Positions 46,483 to 56,209 of a stretch of DNA of 64,000 nt are shown here, piece after piece. Every line of letters starts with the position of its first letter. Position 1 is the stretch's first letter. The notes below the pieces were generated by a model. The model was not told the DNA's origin, did no database searches, and saw only the letters and a list, made by a program, of their open reading frames with translations. A program made the translations under genes and the position numbers. Where the stretch lies: assembly GCA_018819015.1 (NCBI GenBank), contig JAHJQY010000016.1, forward strand, positions 18,064 through 82,063, given 5' to 3'. Source of the DNA: Patescibacteria group bacterium. GTDB lineage: Bacteria; Patescibacteriota; Minisyncoccia; JAHISW01; Tagabacteraceae.

Positions 46483-47460
46483 ATGAAAGAATTTTTTACA
46501 AAAATTTTTGAAACTTTTAATTTTAAGAAGTACTGTGAAGAATACAGGGTCGGCTTATGGGAATGCCCGCCGTTTCTTTTTCTTATAATGGGTTTGTTTA
46601 TAATTTTTTCCATCCTGGCGACTTATTTTGTCAGTAGAGTTTATGTTGACCCGATGATAGTGGCACTGATTGTTATTGGCGTGACATCGGTTCTTTTTAT
46701 TCTTAGTTACGTGATTATTGGTTCTTTTGAGCGAGTGGCGTCAGTATCAAAAGAAAAATCGGAATTTATCAGTATCATGTCGCATCAATTAAGAACTCCG
46801 TTGTCGTCAATCAAGTGGCAGCTGGATTTGTTGCTGCGTAAAGGAATTGGCCTTAGTGGTGAAGCCGGCCAAAAAGCCCTTTCGGCTATTGATGAACAGA
46901 ACGAAAGAATGATCCGGTCTATCAATGACATGCTCGAAGTCAGCCGCTTGGAGGATACGGTTTTTATTTTTGATACGTCAGTTTTTTCACTAGTCGGTTT
47001 GGTTAAAGAGATTATTAAGAAGAGCGAAAATCAAGCTAAATTGATGGGCTTGGAGATAATTTTTACTCCGCCGGCTGAAGATATAGAAATTAAGGCTGAC
47101 AAGATGCGGCTCGGCGTCGTTATTTTTCATTTTTTGGAGAATTCTATTAAGTATAGCCGTAGCGGAGGGAAAATAAGTATTTTTCTTGAAAATTTGCCGG
47201 ACAAAATTCGCTTTTCGGTCAGTGATGAGGGGATAGGTATTTCTAAACAGGATTTGGATAAAATTTTTAAAAAGTTTTATCGCGGAAGCGAGTCTAGAAA
47301 GTACAAAAGTGATGGATTGGGCGTCGGCCTTTATGTGGCAAAGTCTATTATTGACTCTTTGGGCGGGCAAATAGATTTTTCCAGCATAGAAGGCAAGGGG
47401 TCTACTTTCTGGTTTACCCTGCCTGCCGGACAGGCAGGTTTGCCATTAAACAATAAATAA
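46483..47460 (+). CDS. Sensor histidine kinase (2 TM + HisKA + HATPase_c)
   Basis: 'MSHQLRTPLSSIKWQ', 'ENSIKYS', 'DEGIGIS' and 'GLGVGLY'. It is preceded by a tandem 'ttggtataat ttggtataat' extended -10 at 46451-46470. Confidence 0.8.
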   Translation: MKEFFTKIFETFNFKKYCEEYRVGLWECPPFLFLIMGLFIIFSILATYFVSRVYVDPMIVALIVIGVTSVLFILSYVIIGSFERVASVSKEKSEFISIMSHQLRTPLSSIKWQLDLLLRKGIGLSGEAGQKALSAIDEQNERMIRSINDMLEVSRLEDTVFIFDTSVFSLVGLVKEIIKKSENQAKLMGLEIIFTPPAEDIEIKADKMRLGVVIFHFLENSIKYSRSGGKISIFLENLPDKIRFSVSDEGIGISKQDLDKIFKKFYRGSESRKYKSDGLGVGLYVAKSIIDSLGGQIDFSSIEGKGSTFWFTLPAGQAGLPLNNK

Positions 47461-47470
47461 AATAAACAAT

Positions 47471-47848
47471 ATGAAGAAACGCATACTTTTTATTGAAGAC
47501 GAAGAACATTTGCAAAAACTGGCCGTTTCGGCGCTGCAAGAGGCCGGTTATGAAGTTTTGAGCGCTTACGATGGGGAAGCGGGCATTAAAATTTTGGAAG
47601 AAAGAAAGCTTGATTTGATTTTGCTGGACTTGATTCTGCCAAAAAAAGATGGTTTTGATGTGCTGGCCTATATGCGTTCAAAAGAAGAAATGAAAAATAT
47701 TCCGGTTATTGTTTTGACTAACTTGGAAGAAAAATTTGATATAGGGCGCGCCATGAAATACGGCATCCGGGCTTATTTGGTCAAGGCGAATTACAGTTTA
47801 GACGAAGTAATAAGCAAAATAAAAGAAATTCTTGGAAATGAAAGTTGA
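47471..47848 (+). CDS. Single-domain response regulator (CheY-like)
   Basis: 'ILFIEDEEHL', 'LILLDLILPKKDG' and 'KYGIRAYLVK'. Confidence 0.85.
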   Translation: MKKRILFIEDEEHLQKLAVSALQEAGYEVLSAYDGEAGIKILEERKLDLILLDLILPKKDGFDVLAYMRSKEEMKNIPVIVLTNLEEKFDIGRAMKYGIRAYLVKANYSLDEVISKIKEILGNES

Positions 47849-49592
47849 ACCGCGACAATTAAAAGTTTTTTTGCTGGACGCCGGGCTTGTTTCTGAATCT
47901 GATTTGGAAAAAATCGGCCAGGAAGCGGAAAAAGAAAAAAAAGACCTTGGAGAACTTTTAGTAAAAAAAGGAAAAATTACCAGCAATGATTTGCGCCGCT
48001 TGCAAGCGTATATTTTGGGCATTCCTTTTGTTGATTTGGAAAAGGAAAAAATTGATTTCAAAATTTTGTCTTTTATTCCGGAGCCGATAGCCAGGTCGTA
48101 CAACATAATCGCTTTTAATAAAAAAGACAGCGAGCTTGAAGTGGCCATGCTTGACCCGCAGGATTTGAAAGCAATAGATTTTATCAAGAAAAAATCCGAT
48201 TTGAAAATTTTGCCAAGACTGACCACGGATAAATCCATAAAAAACGCGCTTCAGCAGTACCACAAAAGTTTGAAGGCGGAGTTTGGCGACATTATTAAAA
48301 AAGAAAGCGGCGAATTTATAAAACCTATTATTGAAGAAGTTGCCGGTAGCGGAAGCAAGGTGGATTTGGAAAAAATGGCCGGTGAATTGCCCGTGATAAA
48401 AATTGTTGACACCTTATTGAAACACGCGATTATTCAAAGGGCCAGTGATATACACATTGAGCCGATGGAAAAAGAAGTTTTGGTCAGGTATAGGATTGAC
48501 GGTATTCTGCATGATGCCATGGATTTGCCGAAAGAAGTTGCCGATGCTGTTACTGCCAGGATAAAAGTCCTTTCCAGTTTGAAGCTGGACGAAAAAAGAC
48601 TGCCGCAGGACGGGCGCTTTAAAATAGAAACACCGGAAGAAAAAATTTCTTTTCGCGTTTCCATATTGCCTGTTTACGGAGGAGAAAAAACTGTTTTAAG
48701 AATTTTACATGAGAATGCCAAAGGTTTTTCTTTGGAAACTTTGGGTTTTCACGGCGAGCAGCTGGAAGCGGTGCATAAAGCCATAATCCGGCCGCATGGC
48801 ATGATTTTGGCGACCGGCCCGACCGGCTGCGGGAAAACCACCACTCTTTATACCGTTTTGGATATTTTGAATACTCCGGGCGTAAATATTTCCACCATTG
48901 AAGATCCGATTGAATACCAGATTCCGCGGATAAACCAGACACAGGTTAAGCCGGAAATCGGATTTTCTTTTTCCAGCGGTTTGAGGTCTTTGGTTCGTCA
49001 GGACCCGGATATTATTATGGTCGGCGAAATCAGGGATTCCGAGACGGCCTCTTTGGCGGTTAATGCCGCCCTAACCGGCCATTTGGTGCTGTCAACTTTG
49101 CATACTAATTCCGCCTCCGGCGCTTTTCCTCGCTTGCTGGATATGGGCATAGAGCCGTTTCTTTTGGTTTCAACCTTGAACCTTGTTATTGCTCAGCGTT
49201 TGGTCAGGCGCTTGTGCGAAGGAAAAGAGCCGTATAAATTAACTAAGCAAAATTTGGAAGATTTGGGGGAGGAGGTGGATTTGAAAAGAGTTTTGGAAAT
49301 TTTGAAAAAAACAAAAACGATAAAGCCAGATCAAGATTGGGACAGCATAGTTTTTTACAAACCAAAGTCGACGCCGGATTCTCCTGATGGTTACAAGGGC
49401 AGGATTGGCATTCACGAGGCTTTAGTTGTCACCGAGACTATCAAGGAACTCATGATGAAAAATTCTACCGCCGATGAAGTGGAAGCACGGGCGAAAAAGG
49501 AAGGCATGCAGACGATGTTTGAAGACGGAATTTTGAAAGCGGCGCAAGGACTGATCTCGCTGGAAGAAGTTTTCAGAGTGACGCGGGAGTAA
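47832..49592 (+). CDS. pilB: Type IV pilus assembly ATPase PilB/GspE-like (no C-terminal CxxC pairs)
   Basis: T2SSE_N domain, Walker A 'TGPTGCGKTT', 'MVGEIRD' and 'TLHTNS'. The C-terminal zinc-binding cysteines seen in the 22362 paralog are absent. Confidence 0.85.
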   Translation: MEMKVEPRQLKVFLLDAGLVSESDLEKIGQEAEKEKKDLGELLVKKGKITSNDLRRLQAYILGIPFVDLEKEKIDFKILSFIPEPIARSYNIIAFNKKDSELEVAMLDPQDLKAIDFIKKKSDLKILPRLTTDKSIKNALQQYHKSLKAEFGDIIKKESGEFIKPIIEEVAGSGSKVDLEKMAGELPVIKIVDTLLKHAIIQRASDIHIEPMEKEVLVRYRIDGILHDAMDLPKEVADAVTARIKVLSSLKLDEKRLPQDGRFKIETPEEKISFRVSILPVYGGEKTVLRILHENAKGFSLETLGFHGEQLEAVHKAIIRPHGMILATGPTGCGKTTTLYTVLDILNTPGVNISTIEDPIEYQIPRINQTQVKPEIGFSFSSGLRSLVRQDPDIIMVGEIRDSETASLAVNAALTGHLVLSTLHTNSASGAFPRLLDMGIEPFLLVSTLNLVIAQRLVRRLCEGKEPYKLTKQNLEDLGEEVDLKRVLEILKKTKTIKPDQDWDSIVFYKPKSTPDSPDGYKGRIGIHEALVVTETIKELMMKNSTADEVEARAKKEGMQTMFEDGILKAAQGLISLEEVFRVTRE

Positions 49593-49606
49593 TTTCTTTT
49601 TTAGTA

Positions 49607-49634
49607 TCTGTGGGAGGTCGGACCTCCCACAGAT
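49607..49634 (+). terminator. Perfect 13-bp stem hairpin downstream of pilB
   Basis: tctgtgggaggtc-g-gacctcccacaga. Confidence 0.6.
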
Positions 49635-49836
49635 TATTTACTATATAGTTTAAAGCGGTCGTCACTAGTTATATAGTGTTTTTTTCACAAGGTACAAAAA
49701 AGGCCGACCGGACCATTTTGTACCTTTTTTGAATAACCCTTTTTTGAATAACCCTTTGTAATTTGACAGGGTAGTATAAATATGCTATCTTGTTTTTAGA
49801 ATTTGGCATTGAAAATCGAAAAAAGGAGAGAAATAA

Positions 49837-50030
49837 TGTTATCAAATACAAATAATGTTTTTGGCAGGATGGTGTTAATTGTTATTTTCCCAGCCTGTTT
49901 CTATTTAAGTATAAAGTTTCTGGGTTTTCTATTTGAGGTGGGCTGGAATTCTGTTCTTCTAAAAAAACTTTTTGTTGTTGCAATTTCTTCTATGGTTTAT
50001 GGGGTTATTGCGAGTAAAATGATTAAATAA
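49837..50030 (+). CDS. Small hydrophobic protein (64-75 aa) between pilB and pilC
   Basis: Two predicted TM helices. It is followed by its own terminator. Confidence 0.3.
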
Positions 50031-50053
50031 GATAAATATTTTTATTCTAAAAA

Positions 50054-50077
50054 CTCGGAGAACGAGAATTCTCCGAG
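50054..50077 (+). terminator. Rho-independent terminator
   Basis: ctcggagaa-cgagaa-ttctccgag followed by ttttttc. Confidence 0.65.
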
Positions 50078-50123
50078 TTTTTTCATTTTTAGCAAATTGT
50101 TTTTGTGATATTATTTAAATAAG

Positions 50124-51335
50124 ATGCCGAGTTTTAAATTTAAGGCGAAAAATTTGGAAGGAAAGGAAATTAATGGCACGCGCGAAGCGGAGGACAAATT
50201 CGCTTTGGCGCGCGCTTTGAGGCAGGAAAATTACATCCTCATTGATTTTCAGGAAGAGGGCAAAAAAAGAAAATGGAATATTTTTTCTTTTAGTTTTGAT
50301 GGAGTGCCTTTTGCCGAGAAAATGATTTTTACTCATAATCTGGCAGTCATGGTGGGCGCCGGCATTTCTTTAACCAGGGCGCTGGGTATTTTGATAGAAC
50401 AGTCAAAGAATGTAAAATTCAAAAAAATTATTTTAAAAATTTCCAATGATATTACGAAAGGGCGGAGTTTAAGCGACAGTTTGTCCGATCATAAAAAAAT
50501 TTTTTCCGCTCTGTATGTTTCCATGGTCAAGGCGGGCGAAAAGAGCGGTAAGCTTCACGAGTCTCTGAATTTGCTGGCCGACCAGATGGAAAAGGAGATG
50601 CGCATAAAAAGAAAAATAAGAGGCGCCATGGTTTACCCGCTCATTGTGTTAATTACCATGGTTGGCATCGCTATTTTAATGCTGATTTATGTTGTTCCCA
50701 GCCTGGTTTCCACCTTTGGGGAATTGGGCATTCAATTGCCTTTGAGTACAAGAATCATAATCTGGCTTAGCCGGTCTTTGATTTCCAGTTCTCTTTTGAT
50801 TCTTTCTGTTTTTGTTGTTTTGGTAATTTCTTTTATTTATCTTTTGCGCTTGGCAGCCGTCAGAAAATTTTTAGACGGCGCTTGGCTGCGTCTTCCTATA
50901 ATTTCTCCATTGATACAGAAAATTAATTCGGCCAGAACGGCGCGGACATTATCTTCTCTTATTGATTCCGGTGTTGAGATTTTGGAGGCGATGACCATAA
51001 CCTCGGAGGTTGTTCAAAACGTGCATTATAAAAATGTTTTGATGGAATCTAAAAAAGATATACAAAAAGGCGAGGCAATTTCCGTTTCAATTAGAAAGTC
51101 AAAGGGAGTTTTTCCTTTGCTTTTCGGGGAAATGGTGGCCGTTGGAGAAGAAACAGGAAAGCTTTCAGAAATGCTTTTGCAGCTGGCAGTTTTTTATGAG
51201 GAAGAAGTGAACGAGGCGACAAAAGATATGGCAACCGTGATAGAACCGGTATTAATGGTTGTTATCGGCGCCGCCGTGGGTTTTTTCGCGATTTCAATGG
51301 TGAAGCCGATGTATTCAATGCTTGACGCTATTTAA
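50124..51335 (+). CDS. pilC: Type IV pilus platform protein PilC/GspF
   Basis: 'MPSFKFKAKNLEGKEINGT' and two T2SSF domains. Confidence 0.85.
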   Translation: MPSFKFKAKNLEGKEINGTREAEDKFALARALRQENYILIDFQEEGKKRKWNIFSFSFDGVPFAEKMIFTHNLAVMVGAGISLTRALGILIEQSKNVKFKKIILKISNDITKGRSLSDSLSDHKKIFSALYVSMVKAGEKSGKLHESLNLLADQMEKEMRIKRKIRGAMVYPLIVLITMVGIAILMLIYVVPSLVSTFGELGIQLPLSTRIIIWLSRSLISSSLLILSVFVVLVISFIYLLRLAAVRKFLDGAWLRLPIISPLIQKINSARTARTLSSLIDSGVEILEAMTITSEVVQNVHYKNVLMESKKDIQKGEAISVSIRKSKGVFPLLFGEMVAVGEETGKLSEMLLQLAVFYEEEVNEATKDMATVIEPVLMVVIGAAVGFFAISMVKPMYSMLDAI

Positions 51336-51352
51336 TTAATGCAAAGCGCAAA

Positions 51353-52669
51353 ATGCAAAACTTAAACAAGGGAATTTCTTTGGTGGAGGCATTGGTTGGC
51401 ATTGCTTTGATGCTGGTTGTTTTTGTCAGCTTTGTGGGTTTTTTGAATGCGGGGATAAAAATTGTCGGTGTTTCAAGCGCCAAGGTTGGGGCCGTGGCGC
51501 TGGCCAATGAGCAAATGGAAAAAATAAGAAATCTGCCTTACGCCGAGGTTGGCACAGTCGGCGGCATTCCCTCCGGCAATGTGCCGCAAAATATTTCTTC
51601 TGTTTTGAACGGCATAAATTATACGATTCGCACTTTGATACAATATGTTGACGACCCGGCTGACGGCGAAGGAGCCGAAGATGAGAATGGCATAACTGCG
51701 GATTATAAAAGAGTAAAAGTGGAAGTTGGCTGGGAGGGAAAAAATTTTACAAATCCGCTAGTTTTTGTTTCCGATGTCATGCCAAAAGGCATGGAAACAA
51801 ATGCCGGCGACGGAACTTTGAAGATAAATGTTTTTGATGCCGCTATTTCTCCTGTTGTTTCAGCCGATGTTCATATTGAAAATAGCGAACTTGTTCCGTC
51901 TGTTTCCGTTGATGTTTTTACCAATTCACAAGGTAAAGTAGTCTTTCCTGGCGCGCCAACAGCCGCTTCTTACAAGATTACTGTAACTAAAACTGGACAT
52001 AGTTCAGCTCAAACTTATGATGTTACACCTGAAAATCCCAATCCTCAGCCGGGACACTTGACTATTTTGGAAGGAGAAACTACTGAAGCCAGTTTTTCTA
52101 TAGATTTAGTTTCTACAAAAACTGTTAAAACTTTTGAAGCTACCACCACGCTTCCGTTAATTCCTTTTCACATGAGGGGAGAAAAGATTATTGGCAAAGA
52201 TATAGACAATGAACCTATTTATAAATATTCCCATGATTTATTGAGTGGCGGCGACGGGGCAAAAGAGATATTTAATCTTGAGTGGGATAATTATTTGTTG
52301 ACAATAGATGGGCCATCCACCGGTTATGATATTTCGGAAATATGTCCGTTTCAACCATTTAATATTCTGCCTGATACGAATAATACAACAGATATAATTT
52401 TGTTTCCGCATGTAACTAATACATTTTTGGTGTCAGTGAAAGACGGAAGCGGTAATTTTATTCCCGGCGCTTCAGCGCGGTTGTATAAAACCGGTTATGA
52501 TAAAACAGTGGACTCGTCGGCTACTTGCGGCCAATCGTTTTTTTCGCCGCTTTCAGCCTCGGCTAGTTATACACTTGAAGTGACAAAAACCGGTTATCAG
52601 AATTTTAGTTTGTCCAACATTAGTATTAGCGGACAATCAAATATGGAAATAAATCTTTCGCCGCTTTAA
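51353..52669 (+). CDS. Large prepilin-type protein (type IV pilin-like, 438 aa)
   Basis: Class III signal 'NKG|ISLVEALVGIALMLVV' with Glu at +5. Confidence 0.75.
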   Translation: MQNLNKGISLVEALVGIALMLVVFVSFVGFLNAGIKIVGVSSAKVGAVALANEQMEKIRNLPYAEVGTVGGIPSGNVPQNISSVLNGINYTIRTLIQYVDDPADGEGAEDENGITADYKRVKVEVGWEGKNFTNPLVFVSDVMPKGMETNAGDGTLKINVFDAAISPVVSADVHIENSELVPSVSVDVFTNSQGKVVFPGAPTAASYKITVTKTGHSSAQTYDVTPENPNPQPGHLTILEGETTEASFSIDLVSTKTVKTFEATTTLPLIPFHMRGEKIIGKDIDNEPIYKYSHDLLSGGDGAKEIFNLEWDNYLLTIDGPSTGYDISEICPFQPFNILPDTNNTTDIILFPHVTNTFLVSVKDGSGNFIPGASARLYKTGYDKTVDSSATCGQSFFSPLSASASYTLEVTKTGYQNFSLSNISISGQSNMEINLSPL

Positions 52670-52681
52670 TTTTATATTTTT

Positions 52682-53263
52682 ATGAACAAAGGCTTAACAA
52701 TAGTAGAAACATTGGTTTATATAGCGGTTTTCACTTTGGCCATGGGGGCTGTCTCCGGTTTCATCATCTATTTTTACAGAGGAAATTTTTATATTATTCA
52801 GCAGGCTTATGCCGTGAATAGCGCCAGGAGGGGGATTGAAACCATGACGCGCGAGATAAGGGAAATTACTTATTCCGATTCCGGCGCTTATCCGGTGGTG
52901 GCTGCCCAAGAACAAAGTTTTATTTTTTACAGCGATATTGATAAAGATGAGAATGTTGAAAAAGTGCGGTATTTTTTGGAAGGAACTGATTTTAAAAAGA
53001 GCGAGATTCAAGCCGTCGGCGACCCTCCCGTTTATCAAGACGGAGAAGAAATAATTTCGGTTATTTCAGACAATGTTCGCAATGGAGTTCAGTTGGTTTT
53101 TACTTATTATAACGCTTCAAGTACGGAAGTCGCTGATTTGAGTTGGATTACGGACATCAGATTGGTAAAAGTTAATTTGGTAGTGAATGTTGAACCAAAT
53201 AGGGCGCCGGGGGAATTTACTTTGACATCCAGCGCCCAGATTAGAAACCTTAAAGAGGAATGA
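52682..53263 (+). CDS. Prepilin-type minor pilin-like protein
   Basis: 'NKG|LTIVETLVYIAVFTL'. Confidence 0.75.
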   Translation: MNKGLTIVETLVYIAVFTLAMGAVSGFIIYFYRGNFYIIQQAYAVNSARRGIETMTREIREITYSDSGAYPVVAAQEQSFIFYSDIDKDENVEKVRYFLEGTDFKKSEIQAVGDPPVYQDGEEIISVISDNVRNGVQLVFTYYNASSTEVADLSWITDIRLVKVNLVVNVEPNRAPGEFTLTSSAQIRNLKEE

Positions 53264-54669
53264 GCAAATTTCATCATTTTAATAACAGGGGTAGTATTGT
53301 TCTTATGGTTCTGGTGTTCAGCGGCATTTTTATTATTTTGTTCAGCGGAACTTTCGGATTTATTTTTACGCAGCACAAATTTCAAGCGGAAAAAGCGGAA
53401 AGAGAGAAAGCTTTGGAAATTGCGGAGGCGGGCGCGAATTATTATAAATGGTTTTTATCCCATTATCCGGATGATTTAACCGACGGCACGGGGGAGCCGG
53501 GTCCTTATGAGCATGAATATTATGATCCAGAAGGCGGCGCTATTGGTAAATTCAGTTTGGAGATTAGCGGAGTGCAATCCTGCGGTTTTTATTCGGCTAT
53601 TGATATAACATCTACTGGCTGGACCCATAAAGAACCGTCTTTAAAAAGAGTGGTTAAGGTAAAATATGCCAGACCTTCTGTGGCGGAATACGCTTATATA
53701 CTTAATGATAATGTTTGGGCGGGCGCGGACAGAGAAATAAAAGGAAAATATCATTCCAATGGCGGAATAAGAATGGACGGTGAAAATGATTCCTTGGTGA
53801 CCAGCGCCAAAACGACATGGCAGTGCACTTCGTCTTTCGGTTGTTCTAGCCCTTACGAGGTAAAGCCGGGAGTGTTTGGCGACGGCGAAGGAGGAGAGCG
53901 AGGTTTGTGGGAATTTCCGGTTCAATCAATTGATTTTGCCGGCTTGTCTTTGGATCTAGTTCAGATGAAAAATTTGGCTCAAGCCGCCGGCGTTTATTTT
54001 GCTCCGCAAGGCAAAGGATATCGCGTAGTTTTCAAAAATAACGGCACTTTTGACGCGTATGCCGTTAATTCGGTTAACGCTGTTTATGGTTATAGCTTGG
54101 AAGAGGGTTACCATTGGGATTATCATGTGATTCAGAGCGAAACTTTTTTGCAGAATTCTGTTATTCCTGGAAGTTGTAGTTTAATTTTTGTGGAAGATGA
54201 TCTTTGGTTGGAGGGGGAAGTGAACGGAAAGGTTTCAATTATTGCCGCTGACCTTATTACTCCCAATGTGGATCCGGATATAATTTTGGACGGCAATATA
54301 ACGTATACTTCTTCCGATGGCTCTGATGGTTTGTTGGCGGTGGCGGAAAGAAATGTTTTGATACCGCTTTATTCGCCCGACCAGATGGAGCTGAAAGGAA
54401 TTTTCATAGCGCAAAAAGGGCACTTCGGAAGAAACCATTATTCTTGTTCGTCGTATAGTCCTTGGTGTAAAAGGAATAAGTTAGAGATGGTTGGTTCCGT
54501 GGTCAGTAATGGCCGAGTCGGCACCAAATGGACATCTGGCGGAACATTTGTTTCAGGATATGAAAACAGGGAAAATTCTTATGATAGGAAATTGATGACT
54601 TCTCCTCCGCCAATGACGCCTTTTTCTGACGACGAGTTCCGGTTTGTTAAATGGGAGGAAGTAAACTAA
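53260..54669 (+). CDS. Large pilin-like protein with PilX-type N-terminus (possible tip or adhesin subunit)
   Basis: 'NRG|SIVLMVLVFSGIFIIL' hydrophobic N-terminus without Glu5, followed by a 440-aa domain. Confidence 0.5.
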   Translation: MSKFHHFNNRGSIVLMVLVFSGIFIILFSGTFGFIFTQHKFQAEKAEREKALEIAEAGANYYKWFLSHYPDDLTDGTGEPGPYEHEYYDPEGGAIGKFSLEISGVQSCGFYSAIDITSTGWTHKEPSLKRVVKVKYARPSVAEYAYILNDNVWAGADREIKGKYHSNGGIRMDGENDSLVTSAKTTWQCTSSFGCSSPYEVKPGVFGDGEGGERGLWEFPVQSIDFAGLSLDLVQMKNLAQAAGVYFAPQGKGYRVVFKNNGTFDAYAVNSVNAVYGYSLEEGYHWDYHVIQSETFLQNSVIPGSCSLIFVEDDLWLEGEVNGKVSIIAADLITPNVDPDIILDGNITYTSSDGSDGLLAVAERNVLIPLYSPDQMELKGIFIAQKGHFGRNHYSCSSYSPWCKRNKLEMVGSVVSNGRVGTKWTSGGTFVSGYENRENSYDRKLMTSPPPMTPFSDDEFRFVKWEEVN

Positions 54670-55340
54670 TAAAACAACTCTTTTAAAATAAATTTTATTT
54701 TAATTTCCATCATTGCCAGGATTCCCATTGAATTCATTTTATTTTCAAATTGTCTTTTTTTGATGGCTTCAAAAATCGCCCTTGGTGTTTTTTCATTTGC
54801 ATTAATCAAGGCATAGCCCCTATTCGCGTCTTTTAATTGGTGCGTGTCAGAAGTGGCAATGAGTGGTTTGTTATATTTTGTTGACACCGCCATTGCTTTT
54901 TTGTTGAAGTCGAATATTTTATTGGAAAAGATGGTGAGCTCTATGGCGTCAAATAATGCAATGTTTTTGATTAGTTTTTTGCCCAGACTTTTTCTGCTCC
55001 AAACAAACGGGTGTGGAGCCAGAATAAAAATTTGCGGATTGTTTTTTTTGTAATTTTTTAGTTCCTGAAAAGTTTTAATTTTTTCTGCCTCTTCGTTGCA
55101 TCCCAAAATTACAACATGTTTTTTTTTAATCTTTGCTTCTATGCCGGGTATCAGCAAAATGCCTTTTTGTTTCGCGTATTCTATATATTCTTTTTTGAAG
55201 ACGACTTTTTCGTGGCAGGTTATAGCCAAAGCGCCATACCCTTTTTCTTTGGCCTTATCTACGGCTTCGTAAATAGTATGTGGAATTTTATCTTTCGGGT
55301 CGTCCGCGGTATGGAGATGAAAATTGGTTTTTATTATCAT
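54666..55340 (-). CDS. PHP-domain phosphoesterase
   Basis: 'NFHLHTADD' and 'ITCHE', the PHP metal-binding histidines. Confidence 0.6.
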   Translation of the reverse strand: MIIKTNFHLHTADDPKDKIPHTIYEAVDKAKEKGYGALAITCHEKVVFKKEYIEYAKQKGILLIPGIEAKIKKKHVVILGCNEEAEKIKTFQELKNYKKNNPQIFILAPHPFVWSRKSLGKKLIKNIALFDAIELTIFSNKIFDFNKKAMAVSTKYNKPLIATSDTHQLKDANRGYALINANEKTPRAIFEAIKKRQFENKMNSMGILAMMEIKIKFILKELFY

Positions 55341-55402
55341 ATTTATTTACTATATAAAATTATAGACAATAAAAAAATCCCTCGCGATTAATGCGGGGGA
55401 TT

Positions 55403-56209
55403 TTATTTTGTTAAATTAAAATATTCATCCAAGCTTTCGAAGTCGCCAAAGACCTTTTTTTGTTCAGGGTTTTGCGTTTCCAAAGCTTTCTTTTTGGAAA
55501 TGTATTGTTCTTTTTGTGCTTCTAGCATTTTGGCGGGCGAGGTTAAATTATTTTTTCTGCCGAAATGCGTTGGGCAAATACTAATGACTTCAGTGAAAGC
55601 GGATTTTTCATTGCCTATCAGTAAATTTTTCTTTATGCCCTTGATTAAATTTTTTGGAAAAACGATCGGATATCGGGAAACAAATTTTGCTTCGGCGCCC
55701 AGAGCGAGCTTGATAATATCAAAAGGTTTTTCAATACTGCCTTCCGGTGTCACCGGTGTTATGGTTTTTTGCGGCGTTGTCGCTCCGGGTTGTCCGCCGG
55801 TCATTCCGTAAACATAATTGTTTAGGCAGAAAATACTCATCGGCAGGTTTCTTCTTAAGGTATGGATTAGGTGGTTGCCGCCGATGGTTGCTAGGTCGCC
55901 ATCTCCGCTGATGACCACAATTTTACTGGCAGGTTTGGCTAGTTTGACTCCTGTGGCGAAAGCCAAGGCGCGGCCGTGCGTGGTGTGAAGCGTTTCGGCC
56001 AGAAAATAAGGATTGGGAATCCAGGCGGCGCAACCAATGCCGGAGATAAAAATAGTTTTATGAAAATCAAATTTTCCTTCTTTTTCCAATTCTTCAGCGG
56101 CTTTTAAAAAGCAGTTGGTGAAAATTCCATAACCGCAGCCGGCGCAGAATGTTGTTTTTTCAATTCTTAAATATTTTTTTCTCAGAGAATATATATTTGT
56201 CATTACCAT
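55403..56209 (-). CDS. porB: 2-oxoacid:ferredoxin oxidoreductase beta subunit (TPP-binding)
   Basis: 'FCAGCGYG', 'ISGIGCAAW' and 'GDGDLATIGGNHL'. Confidence 0.8.
   Translation of the reverse strand: MVMTNIYSLRKKYLRIEKTTFCAGCGYGIFTNCFLKAAEELEKEGKFDFHKTIFISGIGCAAWIPNPYFLAETLHTTHGRALAFATGVKLAKPASKIVVISGDGDLATIGGNHLIHTLRRNLPMSIFCLNNYVYGMTGGQPGATTPQKTITPVTPEGSIEKPFDIIKLALGAEAKFVSRYPIVFPKNLIKGIKKNLLIGNEKSAFTEVISICPTHFGRKNNLTSPAKMLEAQKEQYISKKKALETQNPEQKKVFGDFESLDEYFNLTK

Noticed and set aside
46173-46613. 146-aa minus-strand ORF overlapping the GC-rich lipoprotein gene and the kinase promoter
   Set aside because: Overlaps a better-supported plus-strand gene with RBS, promoter and lipobox, so probably spurious.
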